Below, one piece after another: positions 9,501-21,519 of a stretch of DNA of 64,000 nt; position 1 is the stretch's first letter; every line of letters begins with the position of its first letter. The stretch covers positions 23,870,001 through 23,934,000 of the forward strand of contig NW_026262734.1 in assembly GCF_021869535.1 (NCBI RefSeq). Direction: 5' to 3'. This DNA comes from Mytilus californianus (lineage: Eukaryota). Under the pieces are notes generated by a model. That model worked only from the letters and a program-made list of their open reading frames with translations, was not told the origin of the DNA and made no database searches. The translations under genes and the position numbers were made by a program.

Positions 9501-12500
9501 ACAGGCTCTTGAGAGCCTCTAGTTATGTTTTCAGGTCTATACATTTACCCAGATTGCTGAGTTGGTAGAATTACCAGGAGCATTTATGATTGGAGCAGGA
9601 GCAGGGCCACATAAACATATTGGGTGTTGTTGTGAGGTGAGCAAGAATTTTAATATTAACCCTGTACTTAGTTTACAGTACATGCAGTTTACATGAAATT
9701 TTTATGTGAGGTTAAATTGCTTGTGCATGTCCAAACCATTTTTTTTCTAGCTGCAGCCATAATATATGCAGCCCTGTTGTCACAATATGTCAAGTAGAAA
9801 GGGTTGACATAAATTGAAATATTGATGCTATAATCCAGAGAGAACTCAAACAAATAGACAAATTTGTGTGTTAAAAATTGCATTGTGTAGAAAGCATGCT
9901 CAGATGGTCGACACATTTTAATCGACAACACATAAAAAATTATGTGTATTAAAAGTTTTAATATTGTAAATTTATAATGGAAGTTTCAGAATGTTTATTT
10001 TCTTTTTTTCTGTTGAAATTGATTGCCATATAAATTGTAAGGTGTTGCTGATATTAATGAAAAATTTCTGTATTAATACAAATAATAATGAAAATATATC
10101 ATGATCATGCTGTCATGTTACAGCATCATTTTGAAAAAAAATGCCAAACAAAAATGAAACAGCAATGGTGAAGATGAATCTAAACAAAGATTCTAATTTA
10201 TACCTTCCCAATTTCCCCGCAATAAAAAACTGGCTGCCATGAAATAGCAAAGTGTGTTAAAAGTGGTGCTAAACACCAAAAATCAATCAATTAATCTAAT
10301 TTATATCTGTTATGAAAATTAAAATTGTATTTTTTAGCTGATTAATGATGTGAAGTTGGACAAGTCTGGAAATGTTGCTGTTATGAATTCACACATTGCA
10401 AAAGTCAGCACAAAAGTATGTATAAAACACATTTTACACTTGTCTTATATAATTAAGCATCATACCTAAATAACAAATAGATACAAGTTTATAGTAGTTG
10501 TCAGTTCAATGAATAAATTTACATTCCTTAGCATTTAGAAAGTCACAACTGGCTCTGACATAAACAATAAAGCAGTATTTCAATATTTGTTTTAAATCCA
10601 CTTATACATCAGCAGAATGTGGTTTGTGGTACAATTTAGAAAAAAAAGATTTTGATTTACATCAAGCCACACATTTTTATTCATACATGACATTTCTTTA
10701 TCAGCACAGTTTGGATGAATTCAAGAAATAAAATTCACAACATATGGGAGATAACTCTACGAAACAATGTTTATAAAATCGAAATCATTTACACACACAT
10801 TTCAGGGTAATCTAAATTTTATTGAAACACGGGAACAGAAAGGGATTTGAAAACTAAAAAAAGAATTGATGTTTTGATGTTTGTGTTGTTGTCTCATTGA
10901 TGTTGACCTTAAGTCTCTTCTTCATTTTAATGATTTTTTTGACAGGATGGAGGATGTATCCAGGAGAAACTGACTAAAAATGAATTTTCTTTGATGGGAA
11001 ATTTTTTATGTTGTGATGGTAACCCAGGAAAGGTTTGTAATTGTTTTATAAGTCATAAAATACACATACATATATTTCTAGATGGTATGGGGCGTTGCCC
11101 ATTGAAGGTAATGTGGTTACATCTAGTTGACCACAATTCATAATTATTTCATGGATAATTCACAATATAAACAGTTTATATTAATTGTTCTTTGATGCAA
11201 TATGAATTTTTATCATTAACTAAATTTAAGAGTTGTCAGATGCACATGATTTCGAACTGAAAATGAAAGATACCAGCAGTTAACAATTGTAAGAAACCAG
11301 TATTGTGAAAGAGGCTAAAAAATGAGAGGAAAAGACAACCAAAACTCATAAGTTAAAGAGAGACAGACAAAAAGAGACATAGCAAAAAAAAATACAATGA
11401 AAAGACAAACAACTGTCTACAAAATGCTATAAAGTATGATAAGGCTACAATTTAAATCAACAAATTTTGTGAACCCAGATATATTTATCAGATTTTGAAT
11501 ACATTGAATGTATTTTACATTAGAATTTTTTGTCATATTGAATTAAAAGTACAGAACAGATGGAATGGTTTTTGTTTATACTGTTTATGTGATGGGTTCA
11601 ACATCACTTACAAAATATTTTTGTAAAATTTCATGCTGATTGTAACAAGTATCTGCCAAATTTTACCACATGATGATAAATAGCATTTTCCCATTTTCCC
11701 AAATGACAAGGGCAACTCTTGAACAAAAACAATTGTGGTGATAGGTTGTAATAAAGGTATAGATGTTAACCAATTGTCCATAACACTTTATTTTATATTG
11801 TGTTATTTTTAGGTGATAGAAGTAAAAGCTAGTAAGAGAACTGGAGAAGAAAATTTTATGTCATGTATCAGGAAAGTCCTAGGCAGTCATTATGGCACCA
11901 AACCTGTGGCACTAGGGGGTGTCTTTCTGGTGGAGAAGGGGAAAGCTAACCTCCACATTATGGTATATATATACAATTGTGCACTTTTTTCAATCTCTGT
12001 CTGAGTTTTCCATATTTTGTATTTAAGCTTTGCCTGTTTTGGTAAAATTTCTAGAGTTATGCCCCTTTACAAATGAAAAATTTGCTAAATTTCTTCACTC
12101 CATTTATTCTTTAAGCATTTAGGCCTACTTGACTATCATTTTGAATTTGCTCCTGACACCTTAAACAGCTATTTTTCATCTTAGGATTTGTAAATCATAT
12201 CTATATGGTTCAGGTACAATTATATAAAATTGAATCATTATTGTTTTTTCAGCCTGATTTTTCTAAAACACCACTGACTACTCAAGAGCAAGTAGGTAAA
12301 TGGCTGAAATTTTATGAAATGGACAGTCCATTAGTTTGTCTTGGAGAACTTGTGTCACATGATCCAGTAAGTATTTGTCATCATAGTCACAGCAATGTTT
12401 TAAGAAAATCATTATCATGTGATCCATTAAGGGATTAAAAAAAAAAAAATAAGAGCCATTTGCTAGAAATTAAGTCACATGAACTTGTAAAAGAGATATC

Positions 12501-13058
12501 ACTAAAATAACAGTTGTGTTCGATAAGCTTACTGTGTTTTAATGATGCATTTAGAATGTTTACCAAAACCATAAAAGTGGTAACTTCTTTTGTCAAAAGA
12601 CTTTAACCTTCAAAATTGTAGCCTTTAACTTTCTTAACACTTAATACAATGTAGTATGATTTACACCTAAATGTTAATGTTCCAGTTAAATATTCTTTTT
12701 CAAAAAGACATTTCAATCTCACAAATGACATAAATTTAACAAACTACAGTTTATCATAAAATAAGAAAGCATGCGCGCAAAAGAAATCAATCAAAGGCTT
12801 GTGAGCATTGAGAGGAAAAGATTGCTTTCATTTTGCATTGTAAACTAAATGTGACTCTTTCAACTTACTTGTAATTTCTCGTTTCAGGGTATGGATTTAC
12901 GAGTTGAACATTTCCATTGTTATAGTGAACATGGTCAGGGTGGCCATTACCATAACGACACAACACCAAATGAAGTGGAATACCGTGGATATTTTATGCT
13001 AGCAGATTATGTGTACAGGGTAGATCAACCTCCTCAGTCAACAGAGTTAGCACGTTAA
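3505..13058 (+). CDS. C11orf54: Ester hydrolase C11orf54 homologue (DUF1907), 9 coding exons, 314 aa
   Basis: Exons 3505-3574, 5029-5127, 5479-5552, 9535-9636, 10338-10415, 10946-11032, 11813-11962, 12253-12366, 12888-13058 (945 nt, all GT-AG, phases consistent). Motifs HVPSMEEVAK, VVDCPDLT, GGPPYL, LPGAFMIGAGAGP, VIEVKASKRTG, EHFHCYSEHGQGGHYHNDTTP. Confidence 0.93.
5903..7314 (+). repeat. 62-bp tandem array (~22-23 units) made of the exon-4 splice acceptor plus the first 50 nt of C11orf54 exon 4
   Basis: Unit gtctatacatttactcagattgctgagttggtagaattacctggagcattttatgttttcag is near-identical to 9523-9585 (ttatgttttcag|gtctatacatttacccagattgctgagttggtagaattaccaggagcattt). Confidence 0.95.
7315..9522 (+). 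mobile_element. Helentron-associated non-autonomous element (HINE/CvA/pearl type) with ~11 internal 166-167 bp repeats
   Basis: 5' ttagctcacctggcccgaagggccaagtgagc palindrome, (CGTC)n microsatellite, internal tandem core, sub-terminal inverted repeat caggtgagc, 3' hairpin aggctcttgagagcct, inserted into a TT. The short ORFs MMDRLQSNN.. are repeat artefacts. Confidence 0.85.
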
Positions 13059-15120
13059 TGCCAATAAAGTTATATTATGTGTTATTTTATAGTGAAACCT
13101 TGTTATAGTACATGTACACTTAAACTTTGTTAAACCATTACTGTCAAGAAGTTTTGTGAAAGGTAGAAGATCCATAAGTTTTATCAGATCTCAATAGCAT
13201 TAAGCATTTCATTGTAATCCTGCATTTTGAAGGGGTGGTATATAGTGATGGAAAGACTGTATACATATCTGTCAGTTCGTTGGTTCGTCAAAATTTTGTA
13301 ACTGTATGGTAGTCAAGGTCGTTAAACACTCCCTAGAAGTAGTAGTATCTGCAAAAGCTCCAGAATTGCATCACAGAATTTTATGAATCTTTCACTGAAC
13401 CTTTAATACTCACATGATTTACTTTCATTTTTCCATTCCAATATTCTTGGGAGGTTTTTTAAACCCTTGTTAGAATTTGTTGAAGCTTTTCTCAGAATCA
13501 GACCCATATAATGCCATTGTGCACCTCTCATTTTGTGTTTTGAACCTTTTTCTTATAGGACTTATTTTTAGCAAATCATGACTTTGCCATTGGTTAATGT
13601 TGGGGCGTTGGGCATAATTTTGTGACCTTTGGTAGCAGTCCTTTTTATTCTTATTAGGATTTATGGATTAGGCCACATTCTTCAAGAATTCTGGCACTGG
13701 AATGAAATATTTATCATAATTTGCATAGGTGCAATACATGTTTTTGTTTTATTGATTTGATAGTCCCTTTACAGTTCAGAGATTTGTACATGAATATGTG
13801 AAATATATGAAATGTTTTGATATTATATTAGGGAGATAGAGCAGGCATAAATTTTCATGTCAGTAGCAAATTTTATTTCATTAGACTTTTTAAAATGTCT
13901 AAAAGCAATGTGATGATAAAATAAGGAGCTTTATAACAAGGCTTTACTGTATTTTGCAATAGTTTGTGGTATAATTTAAGTGATAATCAGGATATAGAAT
14001 TGACAAGTTTTATTTTTTTTAAGACTTCATGTTTATAATTATACAATTGTTAGTTATTGTAATTGTTTATGATTTTGATAAAGATTTTATGATATGTTTT
14101 TCTTCTTTAGTTTTAGCCATAACATGAAGTATGCCACTATTTAAAAACTAAACCTTGGCAGCATTTGATTATATTCCTACTCAATAAACATTAAATTATT
14201 AAACAATTAATTTTTCTTAGGGACTTTCGGTAACATTGGAGACATTTTGTGACCATGATCCTGATTCATTTAATAACTTGCCTGGTGACTAAACATATGT
14301 TTTGAAATATGCACAACCAACTTATTCTCAACATATCTTAATGACAAACTAGAGGCTCTAAAGAGCCTGTGTCGCTCATCTTGGTCTATGTGCATATACA
14401 ACAAAGGACACACTCCAACATTGTAGACGAGAATAGATCCATAAGTTTTATCAGATCTCAATAGCGTTAAGCATTTCATTATAATCCGCATAGTGTATAT
14501 GCAGACATTACCACTGAAAATGTTTCTTTTCCTGACAATTTCCAAGTGTTTAGCTTTTTAAAATCATTTTTACCAAAATTAAAGTTTAATCTTTAAGTAT
14601 ACAACACCATTATCTTTGGTATTCTTTGAGGTTTTTTGTTCTTCACTAGACTTCAGTCAACATCAGAACATTTACATATTGGCCAATGGGGAAAATGTAA
14701 GTTGGAAACTTATATGACAGAAATATTGCTAATGTGACACTTAAAAGAGTGCTTGAACTTTTCTGCTTAATGTACATACCAACATGCATATCCATTAGCC
14801 TTCTTTGGATCTGGAATGTACATGTTAAGAAAATCCTCTTAGAATTGATAACAAAGCAAATAAAACCTTTCAGGAGAATCAGTTGGGTGTTGGTCAGGGT
14901 ATTTCTATTCTTAGAATGTGAACTGTCCCATTGAATAAATACAATACCTATTGGGGTCTGTGGAGTTCATTTAATGGGAACTTTAAAATTTTCTCCTTGA
15001 AAAACAAATCATTCATTGATTTATTTTGCAATACAAAAAAAAATTAGACTCCTAGTGATGAAAATACATGTACCAATAGAATATTGACACACAAAACTGC
15101 ATGTGATGTTGTATTTATTA

Positions 15121-17561
15121 AGTCTCCCAAACGAAGTTTGGGAAGANNNNNNNNNNNNNNNNNNNNNNNNNNNNNNNNNNNNNNNNNNNNNNNNNNNNNN
15201 NNNNNNNNNNNNNNNNNNNNNNNNNNNNNNNNNNNNNNNNNNNNNNNNNNNNNNNNNNNNNNNNNNNNNNNNNNNNNNNNNNNNNNNNNNNNNNNNNNNN
15301 NNNNNNNNNNNNNNNNNNNNNNNNNNNNNNNNNNNNNNNNNNNNNNNNNNNNNNNNNNNNNNNNNNNNNNNNNNNNNNNNNNNNNNNNNNNNNNNNNNNN
15401 NNNNNNNNNNNNNNNNNNNNNNNNTGAACTTGTCCGCACCCGTTCTCCAAAACCGCTTGTCGGATTAACTTAGGGTTTCACAATATGTTAGACTAACATG
15501 TCTAGTGGTGCAATCAGGGTTTTGTTTTTGCAGTGGGGTTTATAAAGGGGTACTTTGAGGGGCAAAAAGAAAAGAGGGTTTTACTATAGAACCCTATGGG
15601 ATTTTATTTTTTAAAATTTTAAAATGATTATAAATTGAAAACCGTTCGTGATAGACACAAACTTTTTAATTGAAAATGTTCTAAATGATAAAGCCCATTA
15701 AATGAAATACAGGGTTAGTCCCCAGGGGTCACCCCCACCCCCTGCCATTTGAGAAAGTTCTAATACCTTGTAAGTGGTCAAGATCCCCACCCCTAAACCA
15801 TATATATTCTGGTTTGTCATGCTAAGATGGTTTGAATGATATACAGGGTTAGTCCCCAGGGGTCATCCCCACCCCCTGTCATTTGAGAAAGTTCTAATAT
15901 CTTGTAAATGGTCGAGATCCCCACCCCTAAACCATATATATTCTGGTTTGTCATGATAAAGCACATCAAATGTAATACAGGGTTAGTCCCCAGGGGTCAC
16001 CCCCACCCCCTGCCATTTAAGAAAGTTCTAATATCTTCTAAGTTGTCAAGATCCCCACCCCTAAACCATATATATTCTGGTTTGTCATGCTAAGATGGTT
16101 TGAATGATATACAGGGTTAGTCCCCAGGGGTCATCCCGACCCCCTGCCATTTTAGAAAGTTCTAATATCTTGTAAATGGTCGAGATCCCCACCCCTAAAC
16201 CATATATATTCTGGTTTGTCATGATAAAGCACATCAAATGTTATACAGGGTAAGTCCCCAGGGGTCACCCCCACCCCCTGCCATTTAAGAAAGTTCTAAT
16301 ATCTTGTAAATGGTTGAGATCCCCACCCCTAAACCATATATATTCTGGTTTGTCATGATAAAGTACATCAAATGAAATACAGGGGTAGTCTCCAGGGGTC
16401 ACCCCCACCCCTTGCCATTTAAGAAAGTTCTAATATCTTGTAAATGGTCGAGATCCCCACCCCTAAACCATATATATTCTGGTTTGTCATGATAAAGCAC
16501 ATCAAATGTTATACAGGGTAAGTCCCCAGGGGTCACCCCCACCCCCTGCCATTTAAGAAAGTTCTAATATCTTCTAAGTGGTCAAGATCCCCACCCCTAA
16601 ACCATATATATTCTGGTTTGTCATGCTGAGATGGTTTGAATGATATACAGGGTAAGTCCCCAGGGGTCATCCCGACCCCCTGCCATTTGAGAAAGTTCTA
16701 ATATCTTGTAAATGGTCGAGATCCCCACCCCTAAACCATATATATTCTGGTTTGTCATGATAAAGCACATCAAATGTTATACAGGGTTAGTCCCCAGCGG
16801 TCACCCCCACCCCTTGCTATTTGAGAAAGTTCTAATATCTTGTAAATGGTCGAGATCCCCACCCCTAAACCATATATATTCTGGTTTGTCATGATAAAGC
16901 ACATCAAATGAAATACAGGGTTAGTCTCCAGGGGTCACCCCCACCCCCTGCCATTTAAGAAAGTTCTAATATCTTCTAAGTGGTCAAGATCCCCACCCCT
17001 AAACCATATATATTCTGGTTTGTCATGCGAAGATGGTTTGAATGATAGACAGGGTTAGTCCCCAGGGGTCATCCCGACCCCCTGTCATTTGAGAAAGTTC
17101 TAATATCTTGTAAATGGTCGAGATCCCCACCCCTAAACCATATATATTCCTATTTGTCATGTCTCGAACATTTGAATGATGTATACGGTCAGTCCCCAGG
17201 GGTTCCCCCCACCCCCAATGTTCTAATATCTTGTAAATGGTTGAGATCGCCACCCCTAAACCATATATATTCCTGTTCGTCATGTAATGAACATTTGAAT
17301 GACGTATAGGGCCAGTCCCCAGGGGTTCCTCCCCACCCCCAATATTCTAGTATCTTGTAAATGGTTGAGATCCCCACCCCTAAACCATATATATTCTTGT
17401 TTGTCATGCCAAGATGATTTGAATGATATACAAGGTTAGTCCCCAGGCATCACTAATGCATATAACTTTACTGGACCAAACCAATTTTCAATGGATGTTG
17501 CCCAATGTCAGGCGACCCTGGGAATTACGAATTATGGGAGCTTCGTTTGGGAGACTTCGTA
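15121..17561. mobile_element. Non-autonomous element with 17-bp inverted ends carrying a 134-bp satellite (~13 units, ~15700-17450); spans the assembly gap
   Basis: aagtctcccaaacgaag at the left end versus cttcgtttgggagactt at ~17545-17561. Unit starts at 15708, 15842 and 15976 give a 134-bp period. Continuity across the N gap is assumed. Confidence 0.6.
15147..15424. other. Assembly gap (278 N)
   Basis: Run of N. Confidence 1.
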
Positions 17562-17829
17562 ACAGCATCCTGTTACATTCATTTCTTGTTCCATATCAGC
17601 TAATTTATTTCTGTAATAGTTGTTTAGTAGAAAGAATGTAAATACCCAACAAAGGACACTATACAAATCCTTGACCCAACCAACACTAACTGATTCTCTT
17701 GAAAACTTTTGCTTCCTTTGCAATACAAGAGTGCACACGCTGAAATGTCTCACCTGCTATACTGACCATTGATTTTATGTTGAAAGTCTTGAAAGACAAA
17801 GGTTAAAATACAAGTATCACATAAACTTA

Positions 17830-18665
17830 ACATTTTTAGATATCCATAACTGTGAGGTCAAGGTCAAATAAATCCTGTAAGACAGACATGTACACCTAAT
17901 AATTATTCCATACACAAAATATAGTTGACTAACTGCTTATAGTATTTGAAAAACAGACCAAAACACAAAAACTAAACATTGACCAATGAACCATTAAAAG
18001 AGGTCAAGGTCAGATGAAACCTGCCAGACTGACATGTACCCCTTACAATCATTCCATACACCACATATAGTTGACCTACTGCTTAAAGTATCTGAGAAAC
18101 AGACCTAATCATGTAACTGTAACTGGAAAGCATGATTCTACATACAAAATCATATTTGTCTCCTCCAGGACTCGAACCCAGGACCTCTGTGTTACCAGGC
18201 AGCGTCTATACCGACTAAGCTAAGAAGTACTTCCTTAGATCAACCGCTTACGGCTGACTAAGTATCTACTAATGAAGGGAAGTAATCCCGTCACATAACT
18301 TTAACCTTGATCACTGATCCATGAAATGAGGTCAAGGTCAAGTGAACTCTGTCTGACAGACATGTAGACGTTGCAAGGAACCCATATACCAAATATAGTT
18401 ATCCTATTACTCATAAGTGAGAAATTCACATGACATAAAAAATAAAATTTTTTTCAAGCAATCACTGATGCATGAATATGAGGTCAAGGACAATGGACAT
18501 ATGACTAGGAAACTTCATAACAAAAGGCATCTGCATACAAGGTAAAGAGCATCAACATCTTCTACCTTCTAAAATATAATGCTTTAAATAAATAGTTACG
18601 CCGCCACTGCCAGATAGTAATCCCTATGTCTCGCATACTGAGACTTAGTCGCAGGCGAGACAAAA
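17830..18665 (-). mobile_element. Degenerate HINE-type element with internal gaggtcaaggtca repeats
   Basis: Three to four diverged repeats beginning gaggtcaaggtca, and a terminal palindrome gtctcgca...gcaggcgagac at ~18627-18661. Confidence 0.55.
18157..18229 (-). pseudogene. tRNA-derived SINE head or tRNA pseudogene (Thr-like, GGT)
   Basis: The reverse strand reads ttcttagcttagtcggtatagacgctgcctggtaacacagaggtcctgggttcgagtcctggaggagaca: A box TAGCTTAGTCGG, B box GGTTCGAGTCC, imperfect anticodon and acceptor stems. It is nested in a repeat. Confidence 0.6.
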
Positions 18666-19022
18666 ACCAAATGTGATATTCATTTTTCTTAGGGACTGTG
18701 GGTAACATTGGAGTCGGTATAAAATATTTTCAAAAAACTTCTTGAGAATATTTAACAAGTTCACACCAAAAACGTGAGGTAGTTTCATGTTTTTTTCCTA
18801 ACTCATGTGGCTGCTGCTGGACTTAAATTTTGTAATTGAAAGTTGGAACCTATGGGAAATGAATAAAAATCCTCTCATGAACCAACTGAAGCTAGATAAG
18901 GTTATTTGTGTGGTACTGACATTTTGTGACTATGATACTGATTCATTTAATAACTTGCATGGCGACTAAACATATGTTTTGAAATATGCAAAACCAACTT
19001 ATTCTGAACATATCTTAATGAC

Positions 19023-19730
19023 AAACTAGAGGCTCTAAAGAGCCTGTGTCACGCACCTTGGTCTATGTGCATATACAACAAAGGACACTCTCCAACATTG
19101 TAGACGAGAATAGAATTCATGACAAAAATCTCTGTTTTGTTGATCTTCTTTTGCTGATCATTTAGTCTGTTTAGTTTCTCTCTATCTTTTTTTAGTTTTT
19201 GCTCAAAACACAAAAGAGGGTAAAAAATATTCTCATTTAAGGGCAATGAGTGACAGTCTACTATCTATATCGGCAAAATTTGACTTGTTAGTAGATCTTT
19301 ACTTGCTGATCCTTTTTGTGATTTAGCTGATCATTTGTGCAATTTAAAGTTTCTCTTTATCTATTATAGTTTTCAAGACAGTAGGCAAAAATTTTAAAAA
19401 ATGGTAAAATTTGTCATTTAGGGGCAATAACTCCTATAGGTTGTCTGACAGTTTCGACATATATGGACAATTGGTAGAGCTCAACATTCTGAACATTTTT
19501 GCATTTTACCTACATGTTCTATTTTTAGCCATGTCGGCCATCTTGCTTGGCAGGCGGGGTCATCAGACACATTTTTTAAACAAGATACCCCAATGATGAT
19601 TGTGGCCAAGTTTGGTTAAATTTGGAAGAGTAGTTTCAGAGGAGAAGATTTACGTAAAAGCTAACAGATGACGACGGACGCCAAGTGATGAGAAAAGCTC
19701 ACTTGGCCCTTTAGGCCAGGTGAGCTAAAA
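19023..19730 (-). mobile_element. HINE-type element, same family ends as 7315-9522
   Basis: aactagaggctctaaagagcctgtgtc at ~19023 and gacgacggacgccaagtgatgagaaaagctcacttggccctttaggccaggtgagctaaaa at ~19670-19730 are reverse complements of the 7315-9522 termini. Confidence 0.85.
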
Positions 19731-21023
19731 AGCAATAACGAAGTAAAACAAGTTTGTTCTTCTTATTTTGTGCTGTTACACCACTGTCCCAATATAATCC
19801 TTATAGAAGTCAGAATATGTAATATTTGACAATTTGTAGCTTTGGAACAAATGTTTTCAGTTTCAATAGAATTTTTGGGAAAAGCATTACCGGTATAAAA
19901 GCTACATTTTGAACAGAGAAAATTCTTCCACTTTGCAATCTCCAATACTACCTCAAAGTGGAATGAATTGAATTGAATACCTTAACATGTTATATCAGTG
20001 ATTTAATCATGTTTGAAATTATTTTTTTGGTCAATACTCCATTATTACAAAAGCAAGCACATTCTGTCCTAAAAGGCAATCAAACATTAACTGTTGCATT
20101 GACTTCAATTTAGAGACATACATAGTGATACAAAGAATTGTTTCCTTGACATTGACGGCAGATGACTTTTCAGTAGACAAAAGCATTTTTGTTCAAAAAG
20201 TTTGTATGTGGCATGTGTGTTTGATTGCAATCTTAATTATCAAGGATTACCAGATTTCCTGCCTATTCATAGTTTTCTCTCAGGGCACTCCTGCTTCCTC
20301 CAATAAAAACTGACCGCCTTAAAATAGCCAACAGTGGTGTTAAACCCCAAAAAGCATTCATTCCTTCATGAATAAACCATATTATCATATGGTGGCTAAA
20401 CTAGGCTTGTCATTTTTGGGCCTTTAATATCACACTATACAGTATAGGTGGTCATTGTTGAAGGCCTTACGGTGATCTATAGTTGCTTACATCTACATCA
20501 TTTGTCCTCTGGTGAATAGTTGTCTCATTCACAATCAAACCTCATCTTATTTTTTTATACTGAAATTGAAGCTTAGATGAAAGATACTCTTGGGAATTGG
20601 TAGCATCAAATGGTTACAAGGTAATTACTTGTCTATATGTCTGAAACTTAACCTAACTTATTTGTAAAGCAACTTAAAATACTGTAAAAGTAATTTTGTT
20701 TTGGATACCAACATTTCTTGGAAGTGTTGATTTAAATTTCATTGTTTGAGAATTGAAACACTGACGCGACTGATAAATGGTTGAATAAGGTATTAAAATT
20801 GAATGTTTAAAGAAAAACCTGAAAATTTGGTATCAGAAGAAATAATTCTCTATCAATATAAATAAACTGGAATATAAATCAATATTCATTTTTTATACTT
20901 CATAACAAAAAATTGGTATATACCCATCAAAATAGCATCGAACTAAATTGTTACCTTTGCTACAATCTACCTAAAATATCTGCAATTGTTAAGTTTATAA
21001 CAAATCAATCTATGTTCTTGCTA

Positions 21024-21096
21024 GAAGTTATACATCTGTTCCAGAAATAAGTAGAGAGTAATCTCCCTTTGTACTTATTCCCTTCATTAAAACTTC
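21024..21096 (-). promoter_or_regulatory. SECIS element (form II) of SELENOH
   Basis: The minus strand reads gaagtt-tta-ATGAA-GGGAATAAGTA-c-AAA-GGGAG-atta-CTCTC-TACTTATTTCT-GGAA-cagatgtat-aacttc: 11-bp helix II, AAA, 5-bp mini-stem, GA quartet and helix I. It lies ~425 nt past the stop codon. Confidence 0.85.
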
Positions 21097-21519
21097 AAAA
21101 ACAAAAAACATCAATCAAGTTGAAACAACAAGGATGTAATATTCTACATTATGTTCATGATGAATGTACATTATGAGGGTCTGGATGGGGTTTACAGAAT
21201 AGAGAATAATGGCAAAAAAAATATAAAGAATAGAGAATAATGAGGATCAATAGTATAGAGAATGACTCGAAAATAAAGGAATTAGGTATTATAATACTGA
21301 TAATGATTAACTGAATAAAGAAATCATCTAACTATAGAACATTTTAATGGTAAAATCATTTTCCTGAGAATTTTACAGAGTAAGCATTATTTTGGAAGAT
21401 AAAGAAAAATGCCCTAAAATTTAAAGAAAACAGAAATAAAGGACCCCATCCATACTCTCCGTTATGTGTTGAGTTCTTGCAAGGATCATGTTCTTCTATT
21501 TATATACAATTTACACAAT

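Noticed and set aside
15044-15473. Long ORFs across the N run
   Set aside because: Artefacts of the assembly gap.
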